DNA from: Eubacteriales bacterium
GTDB lineage: Bacteria; Bacillota; Clostridia; Oscillospirales; CAG-272
NCBI GenBank assembly: GCA_045661325.1
Contig: JAZRFK010000093.1
Span: 3,585-67,584 of the forward strand
Direction of reading: 5' to 3'
DNA: 64,000 nucleotides
The notes below the pieces were generated by a model that was given only the letters and a program-made list of their open reading frames with translations, did no database searches and was not told where the DNA came from. Numbering within the stretch: the first letter of the stretch is position 1; the number at the start of each line of letters is the position of its first letter. Positions 57,119-64,000 of this stretch are shown one piece after another. The position numbers and the translations under genes are program-made.

Positions 57119-57383
57119 GCAAACAGTAAAAATCCAAACCCAAAGCCGATAGGCGAAGGGGTCTGATTTTTTGTGTTCGGACTACTCTACTCTCATGGCA
57201 ACGCCCGCTGTTTCCTCTATGGGCTCGCCAATGCACGATATACCGCCATCGCGGTCTTTAACGACAGCTTTAAGCCTATAAAAGCACTACAAGAGAACAA
57301 GAATTTTTCTTACCTTTTGGCAAGAAAAGCCCGATTGCAGACCTTGCTATCTAAAAACGCAAAGCCATACAATCGGGCTTATT

Positions 57384-58715
57384 TTATTCGGTTTTCTCTG
57401 CCGTCACTTCTGCTTCCTTGGTCTTTTTCTCGGGAATGAGGAAGATAAATACGAGGGAGCTGACAAGCAGCAGCATCGGATAGAACATATAGGGAATCAC
57501 GTCAAAGGCGCTGACACCCTTTGCCACAGACAAGGCAACGAGCATTTGGGCACCGTAAGGCAGAATACCCTGAAAAATGCAGGAGAAGGTATCAAGAATA
57601 GAGGCGGTTTTCTTAGGAGAAACCCCGTAATCCTTTGCCATTTCAGAGGCAATGGGGTTTGCCATAACGATAGCAACGGTGTTGTTGGCGGTGGCAACGT
57701 CCATCGCGCCAACCAAAAGGCCCATACCAAGCTGACCGCCACGCTTGCCCTTGAATACGCGGCGAATGAAGGAAAGCAATGCGTCAAAGCCGCCGTTATA
57801 ACGAATCAGCTCACAAAGGGCCGAAACGAGAATGGCAACCATCGAGGTTTCGAGCATTCCGGAAACGCCTGTGCCCATGCTCGCAAGGAGTGCAGGAAAG
57901 GTATAGGCGCCCGTTGCCAGCATAATAACCACGCCCGACAAAATGCCTATCATCAGCGTGATAAACACGTTGATGCCGACAATACCGCCCACCAGCACCA
58001 GAATATAAGGGATGATTTCAATCAAATTGTAGCTCTTGGCGGGGATTTCACCAATTTCCGTATTGAGCGAGAAAATCAAAATCAAGACGATAGTGGCGAT
58101 AGCCGCAGGCAACACAACGGAGAAATTGGTTTTAAATTTATCCTTCATAGCGCACCCTTGTCCGTTACAGGCGGCAATGGTTGTGTCAGAAACGAAGGAA
58201 AGGTTATCACCAAACATAGCGCCACCCATAACGGTACCTACGCACAGAGCCAAGGGAAAGCCCGATGCGGCAGAAATGGTGACGGCGATGGGGGTTATAA
58301 GCGTAATAGTGCCAACCGAGGTGCCCATAGCGGTAGAAACGAAGCAGCTGACCAAAAACAGCACCAAAACGGCAAGCTGAGGCGGCAGAATGGAAAGAAC
58401 GAAATAGGCAACGCTTTCCGCACTGTTTCTTCCAACGGTGCCAACGAAGATGCCGGCCAAAAGGAAGATGAGAAGCATGGTGACGATGTTTTTATCGCCG
58501 ATGCCCTTTCCCATCAAAGCAAATTTTTCCTCAAGACTGATGCCCTTCGTTTGCATAATAGCCACCAGAATGGCGACCAAGAACATTACGATAATGGGCA
58601 CCTGATAAAAGCCCTGATAAATTTTCAAAACGTATTCAAACACGATTCCCAGCGTCAGATACAACACCAGAAACACGCCGACGGGCAAAAGCGCCCAAGC
58701 ATTTCCTTTTTTCAT
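57384..58715 (-). CDS. Na+/H+ antiporter NhaC family
   Basis: About 443 aa from the ATG at 58715 (AAAGGATGG SD). Polytopic, with NhaC-like sequence throughout. Confidence 0.85.
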   Translation of the reverse strand: MKKGNAWALLPVGVFLVLYLTLGIVFEYVLKIYQGFYQVPIIVMFLVAILVAIMQTKGISLEEKFALMGKGIGDKNIVTMLLIFLLAGIFVGTVGRNSAESVAYFVLSILPPQLAVLVLFLVSCFVSTAMGTSVGTITLITPIAVTISAASGFPLALCVGTVMGGAMFGDNLSFVSDTTIAACNGQGCAMKDKFKTNFSVVLPAAIATIVLILIFSLNTEIGEIPAKSYNLIEIIPYILVLVGGIVGINVFITLMIGILSGVVIMLATGAYTFPALLASMGTGVSGMLETSMVAILVSALCELIRYNGGFDALLSFIRRVFKGKRGGQLGMGLLVGAMDVATANNTVAIVMANPIASEMAKDYGVSPKKTASILDTFSCIFQGILPYGAQMLVALSVAKGVSAFDVIPYMFYPMLLLVSSLVFIFLIPEKKTKEAEVTAEKTE

Positions 58716-58879
58716 AAAGCCATCCTTTTCTGTAAAAATATTCATACCGTTGCTTATTATACACTATCCCGACCTTACTGTCAAGTTTTCCCTCAAATCT
58801 TTCTTTTGTATTGATTTTTTTATTTCACTATGTTAAAATAAGTGCGTAATTCCTTTTGCCACCTTGAAAGGAGATAAAA

Positions 58880-60574
58880 ATGAAACTTTACGATATGCAT
58901 ATTCATGCCTTTCATACGGAAGTTAATCCGGAAAGGCTTTTGCGCGAAATGGAGGCAGCGGGCATTTACGGCGGTTGCGTTTTTTCCAACTGGCCGCTTC
59001 GCGCCAACGCCGCTCTCGGAACAGATTTTAAAACGCGCTTAGATGAAGTATTGTCTTGGACGAAGGGATACGAGGACAGACTCTTCCCTGTTCTTTGGAT
59101 TCATCCTTACGAGGAAAATATTATTGAGAACGTTCACTTGGCGGTAGAGGCCGGGATTTCTGCTTTCAAGATTATTTGCACGGACTTTTACGTTTACGAA
59201 GAAAAATGTCTTGCGGTTTTGAGAGAAATCGCTTCTCTTGGAAAGCCCGTTTTTTTCCATTCCGGCATTTTGTGGGACGGACAGGTTTCCTCTCAATACA
59301 ACCGCCCGTTAAACTGGGAGGCGCTGCTTGACATTAAGGGCCTGCGCTTTTCTATGGGGCATTGCTCTTGGCCCTGGATTGACGAATGCATTGCCATGTA
59401 CGGCAAGTTTATGAATGCCAAAACGGTGCGCGCAGATATGGCCGAAATGTTTTTTGACATTACTCCCGGCACGCCCGAAATTTACAGACGCGAGCTTTTA
59501 ACCAAGCTTTATACCATTGGCTACGACGTTGGCAGCAATATAATGTTTGGAACCGATTCCTCTGCCCATACCTATTCTCCCGATTGGCCTTCCAAGTGGT
59601 TGAAGCTTGACGGAGAAATTATGGACGATCTCGGTGTTAGCCGAGAAAACCGCCAAAGACTCTATTGCGAAAACCTGTTGCGCTTTCTTGGCAAAAACGA
59701 GGCAACGGCTGCTCATCTTGCCCCCACGCCCGACGATGATAACCGCTGGTCTGCCCAAAACCCTGCGGTAACGGGAATTATCCGCAAATGGTACGAGGCG
59801 CTTCACTTCCCGAAGCAGTATGACGCGCCGTTTTATGAGGCACTTGCCAAAATCCCCGTAACCGACACGGTTACCACCTTCTCTCCCTCTTATAACACGG
59901 ACAACGGCCTTCGCAATCTTCTCAACGTTTTGTATTTGTGTGAAGAGACCAAAAAGGAATACGAAAAGCGCCATATCCCCGAAAGCATCCTGATGGAAAC
60001 GCTGAGCGACATCGTTATCTGGACGAACACGTGGAGCAACTTGAAGGGGGGCTTGTATCTTGGCGAGCTTGGTTGGCTACAATATCATTTAAGAGCCTCC
60101 CTCTTCCGCCTTGGCCGCCTGCAATTCTGTATGGGCAAGGCCGAGCACGATATTCCAGAGGCCAATTTGAAGGAGGGCGACCCTGTTATCGAGGTGCATA
60201 TTCCCGAGGGTAAGGGAATGTCACGAGAGGCCTGCGCTGCCGCCTTTGCCGAGGCAAAGAAATTCTTTGCCACCTATTTCCCTGAGTACGAATACCGCGG
60301 CGTGACCTGTCACTCCTGGCTTTTGGATCCGACCCTTGACCAGATTTTGAAGCCTGAAAGCAACATTCTTGCCTTTCAATCCTTCTTCAAGGTGGTAAAA
60401 ACAGACCCTGCGATTTCTATTTTGCGCTATACGCTTCGCTGGGATGCAAGCCTTGAAAACTACAAGCAAATCCCCGCCACCTCCTCCTTGGCAGAAAGAG
60501 CCAAGGATCGCATACAGCGCGGCGGAACCTTTTATATAGCCCTTGGCTATATTCCTCTTGAAGAATTCCAATAA
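58880..60574 (+). CDS. Fusion protein: N-terminal amidohydrolase (TIM-barrel metal hydrolase) plus C-terminal acyltransferase-like domain
   Basis: 564 aa. DMHIHAF at the N-terminus and a later GHCSWPW/ FGTDS pattern are typical of amidohydrolase_2-like enzymes. The C-terminal ~280 aa resemble stand-alone 'acyltransferase domain-containing' proteins. This is a tentative recollection, not a search result. Confidence 0.6.
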   Translation: MKLYDMHIHAFHTEVNPERLLREMEAAGIYGGCVFSNWPLRANAALGTDFKTRLDEVLSWTKGYEDRLFPVLWIHPYEENIIENVHLAVEAGISAFKIICTDFYVYEEKCLAVLREIASLGKPVFFHSGILWDGQVSSQYNRPLNWEALLDIKGLRFSMGHCSWPWIDECIAMYGKFMNAKTVRADMAEMFFDITPGTPEIYRRELLTKLYTIGYDVGSNIMFGTDSSAHTYSPDWPSKWLKLDGEIMDDLGVSRENRQRLYCENLLRFLGKNEATAAHLAPTPDDDNRWSAQNPAVTGIIRKWYEALHFPKQYDAPFYEALAKIPVTDTVTTFSPSYNTDNGLRNLLNVLYLCEETKKEYEKRHIPESILMETLSDIVIWTNTWSNLKGGLYLGELGWLQYHLRASLFRLGRLQFCMGKAEHDIPEANLKEGDPVIEVHIPEGKGMSREACAAAFAEAKKFFATYFPEYEYRGVTCHSWLLDPTLDQILKPESNILAFQSFFKVVKTDPAISILRYTLRWDASLENYKQIPATSSLAERAKDRIQRGGTFYIALGYIPLEEFQ

Positions 60575-60623
60575 ACCGAAAAGGAGCTCGCCAAATTGCG
60601 AGCGCCTTTTATTTTCGGACTGA

Positions 60624-61115
60624 TTATTTTACGATTAAGAACTTTTCCTCTTCCTTGAAATCAACCACGGTGCAATCGTTCATATACGTGCATTCGGGAA
60701 GGATAATCATTGCGGCAAGCTCGGGAGCATTGGCGGGAAGGGGTGCCAAATGCCAGACGCAAGCGTTCATTTTTACCAGGGTGTGCTTGGGCACGAGGAA
60801 GGCCTTAGTATACTCGGGCAGAGGCTTGCCTGCGGAGGGAGGCGCAACGTGCAAAATCATATCATCATTCAAGGGCAGAATCATTTCCGAGGTGGTGGTG
60901 TGATACTCGGCCTGGGTGATGAGCATTTCGGCAGGCTTCTTTACCAGAATGGGAGAGAAGGCCACGTTGTGTCCCTGATAAGCGGTTACTCTGTCAGGGA
61001 AAAAGCGATGGAGCTCGCCTGCGAGGGCGTATCCGTCCGGGTTCTCCATATCATAGTAGCTGCCAAAGGGGGCAAAGGCTTCTTTGGTTAAGGGTTGTAC
61101 TTGGATAGTCTTCAT
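60624..61115 (-). CDS. Ureidoglycolate lyase/AllA-like cupin protein
   Basis: 163 aa. The N-terminal QPLTKEAFAPFG pattern and beta-rich fold resemble the ureidoglycolate hydrolase family. Confidence 0.6.
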   Translation of the reverse strand: MKTIQVQPLTKEAFAPFGSYYDMENPDGYALAGELHRFFPDRVTAYQGHNVAFSPILVKKPAEMLITQAEYHTTTSEMILPLNDDMILHVAPPSAGKPLPEYTKAFLVPKHTLVKMNACVWHLAPLPANAPELAAMIILPECTYMNDCTVVDFKEEEKFLIVK

Positions 61116-61138
61116 AGTTTTCTCCTTATGTATCGCGG

Positions 61139-61318
61139 CTATTTGCCGCTAATTTGATCTTTTTCCTTCTTTTCCTCTTGCTTTTCTTCAAGAGGAAAGC
61201 AGGGCGAGGCGCCCATATAGCGCATTAAAGCAGAAAAGGTTTCCTGCGAGACGCGCATATTATAATAACGGTTTTCCGATCGCGTATTTTCATAGACTTC
61301 GCTTTCCGTTTTTTTCAT
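61139..61318 (-). CDS. Small hypothetical protein
   Basis: The ATG at 61318, with AAAGGA upstream, is preferred to the TTG at 61366. No recognisable motif. Acidic/Lys-rich tail. Confidence 0.35.
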   Translation of the reverse strand: MKKTESEVYENTRSENRYYNMRVSQETFSALMRYMGASPCFPLEEKQEEKKEKDQISGK

Positions 61319-61402
61319 ATCTCTTTTCCTTTCGGCAGGTATATCCGTATATACAGTATCGGCCAAGGAAAAGAAAATTAGAAGCGGAAAATTACGGCAG
61401 CA

Positions 61403-62770
61403 TCACGGAAGACGCAAGCCCTTTGGATAATGGTTCTTGGCAACACCGTTGACAACCTTGATGCCGCCAAGGGCGCATCCCTCCACGAGAACGGCCGCGT
61501 AGCCGTTCGGCAGACTGGTTAAAAAGGTTTCGCCGCGCAGGTATTTATAGAGGCGCTCGTCCTGCAAGGTCATTTCCTCCTTGCGATAAAAGCGGTCGCC
61601 GAAGGCGGAAAAGAGACGGTGCGAGGGCTCTATTCTTCCCTTTTTAAAGATGCCAACGGCAACACCTGCCATGCAAAGCCCCTTGTCAAGAAGCGGAAAA
61701 TCCTTACGGACCAGAACAGCAAGTTCGCCCATTTTTCTGATTTCATATGCCTCGGGATAAGGCAAGAGGTCAGAAAGAAGGTCAAGAGCGAGACGGGCCT
61801 CCTCCTTGGAAAGAGGGTGCGGCACTTCTTTGAACGTGATGGCAGGGCTCACCCCTTCGTTTTTCCTTTGCAAGAGGCACAAGAACTGCCCCTCCCCATC
61901 AGAAAGGTGCGGATAAAAGCGACGCGCCAAGGGCAAGGCCTCGGGAAAGGCGGCGCCCTCAAAGGCAACACCGTCTGCCGTAACGGAAGAGACGGCGGCA
62001 TTTACGGGAAGCACGGAAAAATCGGGATGCTCCTTCAAAAACGCGTCCACCGTCCTCTCATTTTCCTCCAAGGAAAAGGTGCAGGTGGAATAAAGAAGGT
62101 AGCCTCCGTCCTTTACCATTTGCGCGGCGGCACGCAGGATATAGGCCTGTCGCTCGGCGCAGGCGAGAACCTCGTTTTCGCTCCACTCCTCTTGGGCGTA
62201 GGCGTACTTTCTGAACATTCCCTCACCCGAGCAGGGCGCGTCTACCAAAACCAAATCGAAGTAGGCAGGATAACTTTTGGCAAGATCAGCGGTATCAAGC
62301 GAGGTAACGCAAACGTTTTTCGCGCCCATACGCTCGACGTTTTCCATCAAGGCACGGCAACGCGAGGGGGTGTACTCGTTCGAAAGCAAAAAGCCCTCCT
62401 CGCCGATATAAGAAGACGCTTGAAGGCTTTTTCCGCCGGGAGCGGCGCAAAGATCGGCCACGCGCCAGCCCTTCTGTATAGGAAGGGCGTGCAACGTTGC
62501 CATAGCACCCGGGTCCTGCACGTAAAAGGCGCCCGCGTGATGCAGGGGGTGATTGCCGATTTTTTCGGCCTCAAATATGAATGCATCCTTCGTATAGGAA
62601 AGGGGCTTTAAGGAAAAGGGAGCGAGACGGGAGAAGGCCTCAACACTGATTTTATCGGTATTGACGCGCAAGGCCCGAACGGCGTCCTCCTTTGCCATTG
62701 CGGCCATAAAGGCATCGTAATCGCTACCTAAAAGCGCCTGCATACGAAGACAAAAGCTTTGCGGAAGCAT
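61403..62770 (-). CDS. rRNA cytosine-C5 methyltransferase, RsmB/RsmF (NOL1/NOP2/Sun) family
   Basis: 455 aa. DLCAAPGGKS (SAM motif I), DAPCSGEGMFRK (motif IV) and YSTCT (motif VI), plus a C-terminal PUA-like extension as in RsmF. Confidence 0.9.
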   Translation of the reverse strand: MLPQSFCLRMQALLGSDYDAFMAAMAKEDAVRALRVNTDKISVEAFSRLAPFSLKPLSYTKDAFIFEAEKIGNHPLHHAGAFYVQDPGAMATLHALPIQKGWRVADLCAAPGGKSLQASSYIGEEGFLLSNEYTPSRCRALMENVERMGAKNVCVTSLDTADLAKSYPAYFDLVLVDAPCSGEGMFRKYAYAQEEWSENEVLACAERQAYILRAAAQMVKDGGYLLYSTCTFSLEENERTVDAFLKEHPDFSVLPVNAAVSSVTADGVAFEGAAFPEALPLARRFYPHLSDGEGQFLCLLQRKNEGVSPAITFKEVPHPLSKEEARLALDLLSDLLPYPEAYEIRKMGELAVLVRKDFPLLDKGLCMAGVAVGIFKKGRIEPSHRLFSAFGDRFYRKEEMTLQDERLYKYLRGETFLTSLPNGYAAVLVEGCALGGIKVVNGVAKNHYPKGLRLP

Positions 62771-62774
62771 TTTT

Positions 62775-63650
62775 TTATTGTCCTCTGCGCTGGGAGAACA
62801 GCCAGTTGAATATCTCTATCTTACTTGCCGTATACAGCCAAGCGTTGTGATACAAATCAGGCACCGACTCAAAGGTGATTTTGGTGCCGCCTGCGGCCTT
62901 GATGGCATTCACCATAAGGGGCGTGCCCTTGGCATAGGGAACGGTGGTATCCAGCTCTCCGTGAACGCAATAAATGGGAAGGTTGACAAGACGGGAGGCC
63001 TCGGTGGAATCTCCCGCGCCGCAAAGCGCAACCGCGCCTGCGAAAATGTCGGTATGGCGCAAAATCAAATCCCAGGTGCCGTAGCCGCCCATAGACTCGC
63101 CCATGACGTAGTATCTGTCCTCGTTGGTGCTGTATTCGGCCTTGATTTCCTCCAAAAGCTCCACAACAAGCTTCAAGGGAACGGACTCCTCAACCTCGCT
63201 CAAGCGCCAGTCGCCCTCTGTCCAGGGAGTGTCAACCCATTTGGTATCATTGGGGTTGCTTTTATCGCCGGGGCATTGAGGCACAATAACGATAGAATGG
63301 TACAGGGGGCTGTTCACATCGTTAAAGGGAATTTGGAAATTGTTTTTCAGGTGGGTTTCATTGTCGTTTCCGCGGCCACCTGCGCCGTGCAAAAAGAGGA
63401 ATACGGGATAAGCCGTATCGTCCTTGTTTTCCTCATAATCGGCGGGTATGTAATAACGGTACATCAGGGGAATATCATAGTTATCGGAATAGTAAATTCC
63501 GTACTCCAAATCCTCCATAACGTCAATCGGCTCTGCAACCGGCGTCACCACAGGATCGTTTTTCTTGGGCGGGTTGCCCCCACCACCATTACACGCAGTA
63601 AGCAACAAAAGGATAGCTGCCAAAAGCGCGGCCAAAACTCTCTTTTTCAT
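62775..63650 (-). CDS. Secreted alpha/beta-hydrolase lipoprotein (esterase/carboxylesterase-like)
   Basis: Lipoprotein signal MKKRVLAALLAAILLLLTAC, nucleophile elbow GESMGG, and C-terminal HGELD...H catalytic residues. Confidence 0.8.
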   Translation of the reverse strand: MKKRVLAALLAAILLLLTACNGGGGNPPKKNDPVVTPVAEPIDVMEDLEYGIYYSDNYDIPLMYRYYIPADYEENKDDTAYPVFLFLHGAGGRGNDNETHLKNNFQIPFNDVNSPLYHSIVIVPQCPGDKSNPNDTKWVDTPWTEGDWRLSEVEESVPLKLVVELLEEIKAEYSTNEDRYYVMGESMGGYGTWDLILRHTDIFAGAVALCGAGDSTEASRLVNLPIYCVHGELDTTVPYAKGTPLMVNAIKAAGGTKITFESVPDLYHNAWLYTASKIEIFNWLFSQRRGQ

Positions 63651-63701
63651 AACCGTTCCTTCTTTTTACGTATCTGTCAAAAGGGTATGCTTGCTTTGTA
63701 C

Positions 63702-64000
63702 TCAATCTGCTCTTCTCTGCTGATAGAGCCAATCGATTAAGCCTTCCTTTTCGGCGGCGTAATTCCAGCAGTTGTGGTCACAGTTGGGAACCTCATCGTA
63801 CTGAATGAGAGTACCTCCTGCCGCCTTAATAGCCTCCACCATAGCACGGGTGCCCTCAACGGGAACGACACTATCCTTATCGCCGTGGAACGCGTAGATA
63901 GGCAGATTTACCAAGCGAGAAGCCGCCGTGGAATCTCCTGCGCCGCAAATAGGCACAGCGCCCGCAAACATATCGGTGTTACGCATAATGATATCCCAGG
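63702..64000 (-). CDS. Paralogous alpha/beta-hydrolase, C-terminal part only (gene runs off the window)
   Basis: The translation WDIIMRNTDMFAGAVPICGAGDSTAASRLVNLPIYAFHGDKD... parallels WDLILRHTDIFAGAVALCGAGDSTEASRLVNLPIYCVHGELD... of the neighbouring gene. Confidence 0.8.
   Translation of the reverse strand, partial: WDIIMRNTDMFAGAVPICGAGDSTAASRLVNLPIYAFHGDKDSVVPVEGTRAMVEAIKAAGGTLIQYDEVPNCDHNCWNYAAEKEGLIDWLYQQRRAD

Noticed and set aside
57179-57276. Possible C-terminal gene remnant on the minus strand (…AVVKDRDGGISCIGEPIEETAGVAMRVE-stop) at the island edge
   Set aside because: The frame is open for only ~34 codons, with no start and a stop just upstream. I cannot assign a family, so this is too weak to call a pseudogene.
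57119-57383. Direct repeat of the tRNA-Leu 3' end as a distal att site
   Set aside because: I looked for GGTTCAAATCCCACTACCCGCACCA-like sequence at the far end of the island and did not find it by eye. An exhaustive alignment is still needed.
57546-58814. 422-aa + strand ORF
   Set aside because: Antisense to the NhaC-family transporter. The translation is Gly/Asn/His-rich nonsense.
62778-63740. 320-aa + strand ORF
   Set aside because: Antisense to the esterase lipoprotein gene, which has a signal peptide and a GxSxG motif.

Overview
The window is about 52 kb of conserved chromosomal core from a spore-forming Firmicute, followed by a small accessory island. The Clostridia/Oscillospiraceae-like assignment is an inference from gene content and order. 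Core clusters, in order:
- yhbY-rdgB-ftsY-smc-rnc-plsX, then trmFO-topA-dprA.
- rplT-rpmI-infC with its leader.
- lon-engB, scpA-scpB, ytfI/ytfJ-like genes.
- mutS2-recO-era-ybeY-phoH-yqfD-yqfC and ylbJ.
- rpoD-dnaG-dGTPase, hflX-rpmE, eno, tatD-metG, spoIIGA-sigE.
- tRNA-Lys(UUU) and tRNA-Leu(UAG).

The part worth attention is a visibly A+T-richer island of roughly 4.7 kb directly downstream of tRNA-Leu (about 52461-57170). No integrase or transposase is visible in it. It is built from three promoter-bearing cassettes:
1. A four-helix-bundle (23S rRNA IVS/Avd-like) protein, translationally coupled to a 2-TM membrane protein.
2. A stand-alone class I SAM methyltransferase.
3. A DUF262/DUF1524 (GmrSD-like) nuclease plus a truncated HTH regulator.

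Cassettes 1 and 2 are each preceded by a terminator-like hairpin and a ~180-200 bp 'hairpin-ladder' element. This element has three GTATATCATC-type linkers, then three reverse-complement GATGATATAC linkers, each separated by a short perfect hairpin. The two copies share the linkers, but several hairpins differ completely in sequence while staying palindromic. I do not recognise this element as any named repeat, riboswitch, attC, CRISPR or IS end, and it is the best candidate for something new. Cassette 3 is bracketed by a different ~55-bp direct repeat. The rest of the window is ordinary, with a few minor curiosities.
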